Shown piece by piece: positions 37,712-47,367 of a stretch of DNA of 51,262 nt. The first letter of the stretch is position 1. Every line of letters starts with the position of its first letter. The notes beneath the pieces were generated by a model. That model saw only the letters and a program-made list of their open reading frames with translations. It made no database searches and was not told the origin of the DNA. The DNA is taken from assembly GCA_025361505.1 (NCBI GenBank), contig JANYKZ010000077.1, forward strand, positions 1-51,262. The letters run 5' to 3'. Source of the stretch: Coriobacteriia bacterium (GTDB lineage: Bacteria; Actinomycetota; Coriobacteriia; Anaerosomatales; PALSA-660). The translations under genes were made by a program, and so were the position numbers.

Positions 37712-38308
37712 CTACTCTGCCGTGATGCTGCCATGCACCATGTGCATGCCGCAGCTGAAGGGGTAGACGCCGGGCTCGAGCGCGGGGATGGTGACGACCG
37801 CGCCGCCGTGGGTGAGGTCAGCCTCGATGCCGAGGCCCTCGAACACGACGGTCGCCAGACAACCGCTGCCCTCCGAGAACGTGATCTCGAGCGGGATGCC
37901 CGCGGCGACCACGATGTCGGACGGGTCGTAGTCGTCCGTGACCTCGATACGGACGCGCTGTGACAGCGAAGTCTCGACCGGGACGCGGACCGGGACGCGC
38001 GGGGGCTCCGGAGCCTCCAGCGCCACGGTCTCGGCCAGCGTGAGCGGGATCCGCTCGGTGAGCCGCTCGAACGGGGTGGCCACCACGGACTCCGGCGCGA
38101 ACCCGGCGGTGACGACCGCCTTCACGATGTCTTCGTACAGGTCGGTGTCGGCCGAAGCGAGCGCGATGAGCGTCCCCTCGTTGTTGACCGCGACGATCTC
38201 GACGCCGTCGATGTCGCGCACGAGCATGGTCGCCAGCGTCTCGCCGGACCGACAGGCTCCTTGGCCGAGCGCCACGCGGTAGACATCTTTGATGACTCCG
38301 TTTGCCAT
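37712..38308 (-). CDS. Degenerate HMA-like domain plus cupredoxin domain protein
   Basis: N-terminal ACRSG...AGF; C-terminal [18 protein letters not shown]. Confidence 0.8.
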   Translation of the reverse strand: MANGVIKDVYRVALGQGACRSGETLATMLVRDIDGVEIVAVNNEGTLIALASADTDLYEDIVKAVVTAGFAPESVVATPFERLTERIPLTLAETVALEAPEPPRVPVRVPVETSLSQRVRIEVTDDYDPSDIVVAAGIPLEITFSEGSGCLATVVFEGLGIEADLTHGGAVVTIPALEPGVYPFSCGMHMVHGSITAE

Positions 38309-38319
38309 GGTGTCTGCCT

Positions 38320-38901
38320 CTACTTCACGACTATGGAGCCGGACTGCATGTTCATCCCGCAGGCGAAGCCGTAGGTGCCCGCCTTGAGCGCGCCGAGCTT
38401 GATGGTCTTCGGGCCGCCGGTGAGATCCTCGGAGAACCCGAGGTCCTGCGACTGGACCTGTGAGAGGCATCCGGACGACTGCGTGAAGGTGATCTCAGCG
38501 GGGACCCCTGCCTTCAGCTGGATCGTCGCGGGGTTGTAGTAACCCTTGGTGGTGTCGACCGTGATCTTCTGCACGCCGGCGGCGATCGCGGCAGCCACCG
38601 TCTTCTGGGAACCCGCAGGCGCGCCGGCACCGCCGCCGCAGCAGCCGCCGCCTCCGGCGACGGGAGTCGCGGCTCCACCGCCGCAACAGCCGCCGCGACC
38701 GGCGGCGGGAGCGGCCGTTCCGGTGCCCCCGGCCAGCGGGGTACCCGTTGCTGACGCCGCGGACGCCGCGGACGCCGATGTCGTGGTGCTCGCCACCGCG
38801 AACCGGTACGAGGCGAAGAAGGCAAGTGCGGCGAACCCGACGATCACGGTCCAGCGAAGCGCCCTGTTCGAGTCGCCCGCGGTCTTCGTTGAGATGCTCA
38901 T
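38320..38901 (-). CDS. Membrane-anchored cupredoxin domain protein with GGCCGGG linker motifs
   Basis: SD AAAGGA; TM; two GGCCGGG; YNPATI, GC, FACGMNM. Confidence 0.85.
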   Translation of the reverse strand: MSISTKTAGDSNRALRWTVIVGFAALAFFASYRFAVASTTTSASAASAASATGTPLAGGTGTAAPAAGRGGCCGGGAATPVAGGGGCCGGGAGAPAGSQKTVAAAIAAGVQKITVDTTKGYYNPATIQLKAGVPAEITFTQSSGCLSQVQSQDLGFSEDLTGGPKTIKLGALKAGTYGFACGMNMQSGSIVVK

Positions 38902-38953
38902 GTCCGATCGTTCCTTTCGATGGTGGCCGGTCGGTCGTCCGCCGGCGCGTCGA

Positions 38954-40333
38954 CTAGTGGAAGAAGCCTCCGGATGCGAGGCCGATGACGATGGCGAGGC
39001 CGATCAGCGACGCGGCGATGCCGAGCTCCAGGGGCCGGAAGCCCCAGAGAGCGGGAGCGTGCGAGTCCGCGACGGACGGGCGTCCGGACGGCGAGCCGTC
39101 GCGCGTCGCGCCCTTCTTGCCGGACTTCGAGCGCCTCGCTTCTGCAGCCGCCTGTGCCGCTGCCGCCTCACGGCGGAGCCGGCTCGAGCGCACGCTGTGA
39201 GCGGAGAAGCCTCCTCCGACGAGCGCGACGGACCCGAGCGCGAGCAGCCATGGCGAACCGCCTCCGCTGCCGCCTCCGGACGCGCCGCCGGCGACGAGGC
39301 TGCCGGAGATCATGCCCATGCCGCACGTCAGCGTGTACGTTCCGGCCTTCGTGGCGGGGATGTCCACGACGGTCACCGCGTTGTCAGCCAGGTTCTTGAG
39401 GATCCCGAGCTGCGGGAGCGCCAGCTGCGCGGAGCACGCGTTCGCTTCCTTGCGGTCGACGATCAGCCGTACGGGCTTGTCCGCCGGGATCGAGACGGTC
39501 GCAGGGATATACGTGGCGTTCTGGATGGTCATGGGGATCTCGACCACACCGTCCGCGCCCGTCTTGTACTGCGTGCCCGACGGAGTCTGCGCAACGGAGG
39601 TGCCGACGACCGCGGCGCGGACGGTGTCGAACGTCACGGGCGAGCCGACGACCATCAGGCCGCGGTTGAGGATGACGATGCCGAAGATCATGACCGCGAC
39701 CGCGGCGACGACCTGCAGCCTCGCCTGGAACTGGCGCGAAAGCAGCGAGGACGCGAAGCCGAAGACCAGCATCAGCGGCATCGTACCCAGGCCGAAGCCG
39801 ACCATCGCCCAGGCGCCCAGCAGAGGTGAGCCGGTCGCCATGGCGGATGCCTGAGCGGCGATCAACGGAGCGCACGGCATCAGGCCCGTGAGCAGGCCGA
39901 AGCTGATCGGGGTCGCCAGTGACGTGTGCCCTTCGGCGGCGTCGGCGCTCGCCTTCCTGCGCTCGCTCGACAGCGCCTTGACGAGGAACTTCGGCGGGCG
40001 CGGCGTGAGGTAGCGCAGGACTTTGACCTTGCCGGTCATCCCGATGCCGAGCAGCACCATGTAGACGCCGGCGACCACCATCAGCCAGTTGCGGAACGGC
40101 GTGATGTCGACGGCGCGACCGAGCAGCGCGACGACGCCTCCGAGAGCGAGGGCAACGACCGCGTAGCTCAGTATCTTGGAGCCCTGATACGCGAGATGCG
40201 GGACGAGCCGCCGGTACCAGGGTCCGTCCTCGGTACCCTTGACGGCGTAGGTCAGCACGAGCCCGCCGCACATGAAGATGCAGTGGATGCTCGTCACCAG
40301 ACCGACGGCGAACAGGGACAGGAACAGATTCAC
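38954..40333 (-). CDS. DsbD_2/TauE-like membrane protein plus cupredoxin and extra C-terminal TM helices
   Basis: HCIFMCGG, GLMPC, TCGMGM; GTG start with SD GAGAGG. Confidence 0.9.
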   Translation of the reverse strand: MNLFLSLFAVGLVTSIHCIFMCGGLVLTYAVKGTEDGPWYRRLVPHLAYQGSKILSYAVVALALGGVVALLGRAVDITPFRNWLMVVAGVYMVLLGIGMTGKVKVLRYLTPRPPKFLVKALSSERRKASADAAEGHTSLATPISFGLLTGLMPCAPLIAAQASAMATGSPLLGAWAMVGFGLGTMPLMLVFGFASSLLSRQFQARLQVVAAVAVMIFGIVILNRGLMVVGSPVTFDTVRAAVVGTSVAQTPSGTQYKTGADGVVEIPMTIQNATYIPATVSIPADKPVRLIVDRKEANACSAQLALPQLGILKNLADNAVTVVDIPATKAGTYTLTCGMGMISGSLVAGGASGGGSGGGSPWLLALGSVALVGGGFSAHSVRSSRLRREAAAAQAAAEARRSKSGKKGATRDGSPSGRPSVADSHAPALWGFRPLELGIAASLIGLAIVIGLASGGFFH

Positions 40334-40342
40334 TTAGGGGAG

Positions 40343-40471
40343 CCTCTCATCCGTTGCGATCCACCCGCACGCAGGAGCGCGATGGGCGGAGCGGACTCCG
40401 GGGTGTCACGTGACACTCCGGGTGCGCGAAGACGGCCGCGGCGAAGCGGCGTCACGCGCTCAGATGAGAGG
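40343..40471 (-). promoter_or_regulatory. Anti-SD/SD sequestering leader structure
   Basis: CCTCTCATCTG (40471-40461) can pair with CGGATGAGAGG (40353-40343); internal hairpin at 40398-40421. Confidence 0.65.
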
Positions 40472-40473
40472 GA

Positions 40474-40833
40474 TCAGAGGCGGAGTACCGCGGTGAGGTG
40501 GGGCGCCCCACGAGCATCGGCGGCGAGGGCACCCGGGTGCGCCCGGCCGACAAGACTCGTCGCCGGGATGGGCGTCACCTGGACCGCGGCCATGAACGTG
40601 GCGTGGCCACTCTCCGTGGGCGTCGCATCACGCGGCTGCGCCTGCGCGGTGTGGTCACACGAGGAGTGCTGCATCGTCTGTCCACTGTCCATCGGACAGG
40701 AGACGGACGCCGTCGGCGCGCAGATCATGACGTCCCCGCACGCGGAACCGACGCACACGCTCGCGAACGCCGTTCCCGCCGTCATGGCGAGAACGAGCAG
40801 TGCGATCGTGACGATGGCGACGAACCGCTTCAT
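40474..40833 (-). CDS. Secreted Cys/His/Met-rich small protein, candidate metal-responsive leader (CutF/CruR-like)
   Basis: SD GAGGAGGGGT; signal peptide ending AFA; five Cys; C-terminus DARGAPHLTAVLRL. Confidence 0.75.
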   Translation of the reverse strand: MKRFVAIVTIALLVLAMTAGTAFASVCVGSACGDVMICAPTASVSCPMDSGQTMQHSSCDHTAQAQPRDATPTESGHATFMAAVQVTPIPATSLVGRAHPGALAADARGAPHLTAVLRL

Positions 40834-40889
40834 ACCCCTCCTCGGGTGGCTACGCGCCGAGCATACCGCAAGGTTCGTGCCAGTCCCTG

Positions 40890-42152
40890 CTAGAAACCGC
40901 ACCTATCTGACGAATCCGGTCCGCACATCTCCTCGGAGGGGCGGTTGTACTCCAGCGCGCGCGCAAGCCGGTAGAAATCGGACCGTTTGTCGATGAAGCG
41001 GACCTTCGGCCGCAGGGTCTCCGGATCGATCAGCTCGTCGAACGGGACGTACACGAGCTGGAGCTGGTCGCACACCGACACCATGTGACCGCTCAGACTC
41101 TCACGCACCAGCGCGCGGAACGCGCCGACGCCGAGCTGGCTCCCCAGAAGGATGTCGAAGGCGACCGGGTCGGCGCAGCGCGCCTCGTAGCCGATCTGCT
41201 TGCTCCTGACGCGGATCGGACTCCCCGTGCGCCGTTCCCACACCTGTTCCATCGTCTTGGCGAGGAACGCCCCGACGTGCGCGGAGCCCAGCAGCGAGTA
41301 GCCGCGCTCGTCGACCGCGCCGCCGTCGACGTCGCCCGGGAGCCGCGAAGCCAGCCCCTCGGCCACACAGACGATCCCGTACGGCTTCCCGCGCGCCGCG
41401 CGCCCGGCCATGAGCTCGACGAGCTCCCCTGCCAGGGCCTCGATGTCGAGCGTCTCGCCGGCGTCCTCCACCGAGATCATGCGCGTGGCCTCGCCGGCGA
41501 TCCCGGCGGCGTAGGTGAGCCAGCCGGCCTGACGTCCCATGAGCTCGAGGACGTACCAGGTCGAGGTCGACTGGGCGTCGGCGCCGAGGTTGCGTATCTC
41601 CTTCGCGGCGAAGTCCACGGCCGACGCGAAGCCGAAGGTCCAGTCGATGCCGAAGTAGTCGTTGTCGATGGTCTTCGGCAGGTGCACGACGGCGATGGAG
41701 CGCCTGCCCGGAACGAGTCTCCCGAACCGGTGGAGGTGGTTCGCGGTGCGCAGCGTCTCATCGCCGCCGATGGACACCAGTGCGTCCACCCCCAGCGACT
41801 CGAGCGCCGCGTGCACGGTCGCGATCGCCCCGTTGCGCGCGGGATCGAGAAGGTCGGCGTCTCCCAAGATGTCCTGGCTCGGGTTGGCGTGCGAGGTTCG
41901 CAGCAGGATGCTCTTGCGGTTGCGGATGCCCGACACGTCGGAGACGTGCAGCTCGAGGTAGTCGGTCCCCGCAACGAGCGGGCGCTCGGGCGTGTAGGCC
42001 TGCAGGCGCTCGTAGCCGTCAAGGATCCCGACGACGTCGATCCCCGCATCGAGGAACTGCAGCGCGCATGCGGAGATGACGGCGTTGGTCGCGGGCGCGG
42101 GGCCCCCGGAGAAGACGATGGCGACACGACGGATCGCAGCGGACGGGCTCAT
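40890..42152 (-). CDS. 6-phosphofructokinase family (PfkA; possibly PPi-dependent)
   Basis: SGGPAP, IGGDET, PKTIDND, ELMGR, AEG, GYEAR. Confidence 0.9.
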   Translation of the reverse strand: MSPSAAIRRVAIVFSGGPAPATNAVISACALQFLDAGIDVVGILDGYERLQAYTPERPLVAGTDYLELHVSDVSGIRNRKSILLRTSHANPSQDILGDADLLDPARNGAIATVHAALESLGVDALVSIGGDETLRTANHLHRFGRLVPGRRSIAVVHLPKTIDNDYFGIDWTFGFASAVDFAAKEIRNLGADAQSTSTWYVLELMGRQAGWLTYAAGIAGEATRMISVEDAGETLDIEALAGELVELMAGRAARGKPYGIVCVAEGLASRLPGDVDGGAVDERGYSLLGSAHVGAFLAKTMEQVWERRTGSPIRVRSKQIGYEARCADPVAFDILLGSQLGVGAFRALVRESLSGHMVSVCDQLQLVYVPFDELIDPETLRPKVRFIDKRSDFYRLARALEYNRPSEEMCGPDSSDRCGF

Positions 42153-42239
42153 GAGCGGTCGCTCCTTTGCGCGGGGCCGGCTTTCGCGGGCGCGCGTCGC
42201 GCGCTCCCCCGTGCACTGATGATACCCGCGAGGGGCGGC

Positions 42240-43211
42240 CTACCCGCCTGCGATCTCGCCGATGCGACGAAGCCGCTGGTAGCGCGAATCGGGCAGCGTC
42301 GCGCGGTCGACGGCCGAGAGCGACTCGAGTGCCGTGCCGAGCGCCGTCCGCACGCCCTCGAAGACCATCGCCGGATCGTGATGCGCCCCGCCGCGCGGCT
42401 CCGCCACCACGGCGTCGGCGAGACCGAGGCGCACGAGGTCGTCCGCGGTCAACTGCAGGCAGGCGGACGTCTCCGAGGCGCGACGCGCATCCTTGTGGAG
42501 GATCGTCGCGCACATCTCGGGGCTGATCACCGAGTAGTAGGCGTTCTCGAGCATGATGAGACGGTCGCCGAAGCCGATCGCGAGCGCTCCGCCGCTGCCG
42601 CCCTCCCCGATACCGACGACCACGACCGGGACCCGCACCGCGGAGAGCGCCGCGAGGCATTCGGCGATGGCCAGCGCCTGACCGCGGTCCTCGTCGTCGA
42701 GACCGGGATACGCGCCCGCGGTGTCGAGGAACGAGACGATCGGCAATCCGAACCGGTCGGCGAGGTGCATGAGGCGCTCCGCCTTGCGGAACCCCTCGGG
42801 GTGCGGCGAGCCGAAGTTGCGCCGGATGTTCTCGTTGGTGTTCTTGCCCTTGCGGTGCCCGAGCACGGCGACCCGACGCCCCTGGAGCGTGGCGAGTCCC
42901 GCGAACATCGACTCGTCGTCACCGAAGAGCCGGTCGCCATGCAGTTCGACGACGTCGGTGAACAGCTCCTGCAGGTAGTCGTCGGTCTTCGGACGCTCGG
43001 GATGCCGCGCGATCTGCACGCGCTCCCACGGGGTCAGCTCTGCGTAGAGCGTCTCGTGCAGGCGGGCGACCTCGGCCTCGAGCTCCGCGATCTCGGCGGC
43101 CAGTTCCGGCTGCTCCGAGACGTCGAGGTGCTTGAGCGAGGCGAGCTTGCCTTCGAGCTCGTCCAGCGGCCGCTCGAACTCCATCACGAATCTCCTCGCC
43201 ACGTCACTCAT
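42240..43211 (-). CDS. accA: Acetyl-CoA carboxylase carboxyltransferase alpha subunit
   Basis: EFERPL, ARHPERP, ELHGDR, GEGGSGGALA, YSVISPE. Confidence 0.95.
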   Translation of the reverse strand: MSDVARRFVMEFERPLDELEGKLASLKHLDVSEQPELAAEIAELEAEVARLHETLYAELTPWERVQIARHPERPKTDDYLQELFTDVVELHGDRLFGDDESMFAGLATLQGRRVAVLGHRKGKNTNENIRRNFGSPHPEGFRKAERLMHLADRFGLPIVSFLDTAGAYPGLDDEDRGQALAIAECLAALSAVRVPVVVVGIGEGGSGGALAIGFGDRLIMLENAYYSVISPEMCATILHKDARRASETSACLQLTADDLVRLGLADAVVAEPRGGAHHDPAMVFEGVRTALGTALESLSAVDRATLPDSRYQRLRRIGEIAGG

Positions 43212-44076
43212 CCCCCGCAGCCAGGTACGACAGCAGGAGCGCCACACGGTCCTTGAGTTCGCGGCGATCGACGACCATGTCGATCATCCCATGCTCGAGC
43301 AGGAACTCCGAGGTCTGGAAGCCCTTCGGCAGGCTCTTGCGGATCGTCTGCTCCACCAGCCGCGGACCGGCGAAGCCGATCAACGCGCCCGGCTCGGCTA
43401 TCAGGACGTCACCCAAGGTGGCGAACGAGGCGGTGACACCGCCCATCGTGGGATTCGTCAGCACGACGACGTAGGGGACGCCGGCGGAGGCCAGGCGGGC
43501 GGCGGCCGCGGCGGTCTTCGCCATCTGCATGAGCGACAGCATGCCCTCCTGCATCCGCGCGCCGCCCGAGGCGGTGACCAGCACGAGCGGCGTGCGCTCC
43601 GCCAGCGCCAGTTCGAACGCGCGCGTGACCTTCTCACCGACGACCGAACCCATGGACGCACCGATGAAGCGGAAGTCCATGACGCCCACGATGGCGCGCC
43701 GGCCGCCGATGGCCGCGCGTCCGCAGACGATCGCCTCGTTCAGGCCCGTCCGCTCCTCAGCGGCCGTGACCTGCTCCGAGTAGACCTTGCCGGAGGTGAA
43801 CTCCAGCGGGTCGGCCGAGCGAAGGTGTGCGTCGACCTCCTCGAACGTTCCTTCATCGACCAGCAGCGCAAGACGCTCGGGAGCCGCGAGGTCGTGGTGC
43901 CGTCCGCAGCTCGGACAGACCATCAACTCGCGTTCGAGGTCGCCCATGTAGAGGGTCCGCTTGCACCCCTCGCAGCGCACCCAGACGCCGTCGGGCACGT
44001 CGGATGGGGTGCTGGCCTCGGTCGGAGTCGTGTACTTGCGCTGTTCGCGCGCCTTGAACCAGTCGGAGATGGGCAT
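43204..44076 (-). CDS. accD: Acetyl-CoA carboxylase carboxyltransferase beta subunit
   Basis: CEGC...CPSC zinc ribbon, SMGSVVGEK, SGGARMQEG, GFAGPR. Confidence 0.95.
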   Translation of the reverse strand: MPISDWFKAREQRKYTTPTEASTPSDVPDGVWVRCEGCKRTLYMGDLERELMVCPSCGRHHDLAAPERLALLVDEGTFEEVDAHLRSADPLEFTSGKVYSEQVTAAEERTGLNEAIVCGRAAIGGRRAIVGVMDFRFIGASMGSVVGEKVTRAFELALAERTPLVLVTASGGARMQEGMLSLMQMAKTAAAAARLASAGVPYVVVLTNPTMGGVTASFATLGDVLIAEPGALIGFAGPRLVEQTIRKSLPKGFQTSEFLLEHGMIDMVVDRRELKDRVALLLSYLAAGDE

Positions 44077-44246
44077 GCTGTCCGTCTCGTAGTCGTCGGG
44101 TCGTGGGGCGCCCGCGGGAGGCGGGCGGACCGCATGATGATACCACCGTGAACCACGCATCAAGCGGACGTGTACGGAGCGCAGAACGGCCCGCCGGCGA
44201 GGTCGCCGGCGGGCCGTGGAACACGAGCGGAGACGCGTGCCCGCGC

Positions 44247-45185
44247 CTAGATGGAGAAGTCCTTCTCGCCCTTGAAGACCGCGACGGCTTCGGCCAGGCC
44301 GGCGTCGCCGAGCGTGATGGCGCTGATCGCCTTCGTGAGGCGGATGGCCTCCTGCAACGGACGCTGGTGGATGTTGCGCCCGGTCGCGTTGCCGACGGCC
44401 CCGCCGTCGTGGATCTGCTCCCACAGCTGGTTCAGGAAGACCTCGGCGTCGACGGTCGAGCCGCCCGCGCACACGAGCCCGGTGCGCCCCGCGGCCTTGG
44501 TGGCCTGCTGCAGCAGGATCGCGGACGAACCCGCCTCCGTGCCCTTGGGCGGATTGACCTTCACGAAGTCCGCGCCGACGCAGCACGCGACCCCGGCGGC
44601 TCCGGCGATCAGGCCGGGGGCCTTCTCGTCATCGACGGCCTTGCCGCGCGGGTAGATCCACAGCACGACCAGCAGGCCCACGGAGTGCGCGCCGGCGATG
44701 AGCTGCGACGCCTCGGCCATCATCTGGGCCTCGTACTCGCTGCCGAGGTAGATGGTGTAGCCGATGCCCACGATGTTGACGCCGTTGTCGCGCAGGTCGA
44801 GCACCGTCTCGAGATCGTAGAGCTGCGGCGAGTACGGATCCTCCTGAGCGGTCTTCACCAGGTCGGTCTTGCTGTTCATCTTCACGAGGTAGTTGATCTC
44901 GGGGTAGTCGGCGGCGTACTGCGCGATGAGGCCGCGCTGGCCGGCGAGGATGCCGATCGTGCCCTTCGATCCGATCTCGAACAGGTGCAGGGGGCTTGCG
45001 TCGTCGTCAGCGATGCCCTCGCCGTAGAAGTCCTTGTTCAGGTGCTCGATCTTCTGGTCGCAGGCGAAGAGCATGAGACGACCGGTCCCCCGCGTCGCCT
45101 TCAGGTAGTTCTCGACGTAGATCTCGTAGGCGTCGGCCGGAACGTCGGCCGGGACGCGCACCTGCTCGGCAGTGATCCTGGGCAT
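44247..45185 (-). CDS. Class I (DhnA-type) fructose-bisphosphate aldolase
   Basis: DQKIEH, TIYLGSE, WIYPRG, GADFVK, AGG, GRNIHQ. Confidence 0.9.
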   Translation of the reverse strand: MPRITAEQVRVPADVPADAYEIYVENYLKATRGTGRLMLFACDQKIEHLNKDFYGEGIADDDASPLHLFEIGSKGTIGILAGQRGLIAQYAADYPEINYLVKMNSKTDLVKTAQEDPYSPQLYDLETVLDLRDNGVNIVGIGYTIYLGSEYEAQMMAEASQLIAGAHSVGLLVVLWIYPRGKAVDDEKAPGLIAGAAGVACCVGADFVKVNPPKGTEAGSSAILLQQATKAAGRTGLVCAGGSTVDAEVFLNQLWEQIHDGGAVGNATGRNIHQRPLQEAIRLTKAISAITLGDAGLAEAVAVFKGEKDFSI

Positions 45186-45290
45186 GCGATTCCCTCCTCT
45201 AGACTTGTCGCGGGCGGCGTGGCCGCCGCCCGACACGAAGCACCCACACAGGGTAGGCGAATGCGGCAGTCTTTTCCACCGCGTCCGGGC

Positions 45291-45761
45291 TTACAGAGCC
45301 CGTTCCATCCTGACGTGCTTCAGGTACGTCCTACCCATCCGGAACGGGCCTTGCACAACGCGGAACCCGAGCCGCTCGTAGATGCCGACAGCGTTCTCTC
45401 GAGCGTTCAGGAACGCGAACGGCAGGCCCAGAACGCATGCGCGTTCGAGTGCCGAGGTGACGAGGGCGGCGGCGATCCCCCGGCGGCGGTAGGCGCTTGT
45501 GACACTCACCTGCCGCACGTGGGCGCCTCCCCCCTCGGCGATCAGCCGCACGTAGCCGACGAGCCGCTCGCCGTCGAGGGCCACCAGGTGCGTGGAGGCA
45601 GGGTCGGTCTCGTTCCACGTGTCGTTGCGCGGCACGCCGAACGGCCGGTGCAGCGTGTCGTAGCACAGGTCCGCGACACCGCGCAGCACGGGATCTCGGC
45701 CGTCGACGACCGCCACGACGATGCCGTCATCGCGGCGCAGGACCTCCCGCCGGTCCATCAT
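45291..45761 (-). CDS. GNAT-family acetyltransferase
   Basis: VSVTSAYRRRGIA, NARENAVGIYERLGF. Confidence 0.88.
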   Translation of the reverse strand: MMDRREVLRRDDGIVVAVVDGRDPVLRGVADLCYDTLHRPFGVPRNDTWNETDPASTHLVALDGERLVGYVRLIAEGGGAHVRQVSVTSAYRRRGIAAALVTSALERACVLGLPFAFLNARENAVGIYERLGFRVVQGPFRMGRTYLKHVRMERAL

Positions 45762-45768
45762 CCCGCGC

Positions 45769-47367
45769 CTAGCCGCGGTAGCGGTTGGTGACGGGCATAC
45801 GGCGGTCCTTGCCGAAGGCTTTGGGGGTGACGCGGATGCCCATCGGCCCCTGCCGGCGCTTGTACTCGGCGGCGTCCACCATGCGCGCCACGCGCATGGC
45901 CAGCTCGCGGTCGACGCCCGACGCCACGATCTCGTCGACCGAACGGTCATCCTCGACGTAAGCCTGAAGGACCCGGTCGAGCAGCCCGTAGTCGGGAAGC
46001 GAGTCCGTGTCGGCCTGGTCGGGCCGAAGCTCGGCCGAAGGGGGCTTCTCGATGCTGGACACCGGGATGACCTCGCGGACCCGGTTGCGCCAGCGCGCCA
46101 GGTCGTAGACGTGCGTCTTGTAGAGGTCCTTGATCGGGGCGAAGCCGCCTACCATGTCGCCGTAGAGCGTCGAGTAACCGACGGACAGCTCCGACTTGTT
46201 GCCCGTTGCGAGCACGATCCACCCGAACTTGTTGGACAGCGCCATCAGCAGCGTCCCGCGCACGCGGGCCTGCAGGTTCTCCTCGGTGACGTCGGGCTCC
46301 AGCGTCTCGAACGACAACGCCAGCGTGCCGAGCAGGGCGGAGAAGCCGGCCTCGATCGGCAGCGTCCGGTAGTCGATGTCGAGGTTGCGCGCGAGCGCCT
46401 CCGCGTCGTCGAGGCTGCCCGGAGACGAGTAGCGCGACGGCATGGCCACTCCGTGTACGTGCATCGCGCCGAGAGCGTCGACCGCGAGCGCGGCCGTGAG
46501 CGCCGAGTCGATGCCGCCGGAGAGGCCGAGCACCGCGTCGGTGAACCCGTTCTTGCGGAAGTAGTCGCGCACTCCGAGGACCAGCGCGCCCCAGACTTCC
46601 TCGTGCCCACCGCTGAGCGGGTCCTCGTGGGCGGCGGTCGGAGCGGCGGGTACTTCGGTGATCAGCAGGTCGCGGTCGAAGGCGGCGGCCCGCGCCATGA
46701 CGTTCCCGGAGGGGTCGATCACGACCGAGCGACCGTCGAACACGAGCTCGTCCTGCCCCCCGACGAGGTTGCAGTAGACGAGGTGGACGCCGTTGTCCGC
46801 CGCGCGTTCGCGCAGCATCTCCTCGCGCTCGCTCCCCTTCCCCGCGTGGAACGGCGACGCCGAGATGTTGAGCACCACGGTGGCGCCCGCGGCGGCGGCT
46901 TCCGCGACCAGCTCGGGAACCCAGATGTCCTCGCAGATCGTCACCGCGCACGTCTCGCCCACGACGTCGACGAGCAGCGGCCCGCCGCCGGGCTCGAAAT
47001 AGCGCTCCTCATCGAACACGCCATAGTTGGGAAGGCGCCGCTTTCGGTAGACCGCGGTGACCTTCCCGTCGGCGCAGACGGCCGCCGAGTTGTGCAGCGC
47101 GCCGTCGTGACGCTCGACGAAGCCGACGACGGCGGTGATGCCGACGCACGTCGACGCGACGCGGTCGAGCATGGCGGTCACATCGTCGATGAAGTGGTCC
47201 TTGGCGACGAGGTCCTCGGGCGGGTAGCCCGCCAGAGCCATCTCCGGCGTCAGCACGAGATCGGCGCCCTGAGCGTGTGCGGCGCGGACCGCGTCGGTGA
47301 TGAGGCCGGCGTTGCGTGCGATGTCGCCGACCGTGCAATCGAGCTGCGCGAGCGCGATGCGAGGCAT
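45769..47367 (-). CDS. nadE: Glutamine-dependent NAD+ synthetase
   Basis: CN-hydrolase domain (PEM, YRK, ICEDIW) plus LSGGIDS, ENLQAR, GNKSE, YSTLYGD, PPSAEL. Confidence 0.95.
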   Translation of the reverse strand: MPRIALAQLDCTVGDIARNAGLITDAVRAAHAQGADLVLTPEMALAGYPPEDLVAKDHFIDDVTAMLDRVASTCVGITAVVGFVERHDGALHNSAAVCADGKVTAVYRKRRLPNYGVFDEERYFEPGGGPLLVDVVGETCAVTICEDIWVPELVAEAAAAGATVVLNISASPFHAGKGSEREEMLRERAADNGVHLVYCNLVGGQDELVFDGRSVVIDPSGNVMARAAAFDRDLLITEVPAAPTAAHEDPLSGGHEEVWGALVLGVRDYFRKNGFTDAVLGLSGGIDSALTAALAVDALGAMHVHGVAMPSRYSSPGSLDDAEALARNLDIDYRTLPIEAGFSALLGTLALSFETLEPDVTEENLQARVRGTLLMALSNKFGWIVLATGNKSELSVGYSTLYGDMVGGFAPIKDLYKTHVYDLARWRNRVREVIPVSSIEKPPSAELRPDQADTDSLPDYGLLDRVLQAYVEDDRSVDEIVASGVDRELAMRVARMVDAAEYKRRQGPMGIRVTPKAFGKDRRMPVTNRYRG

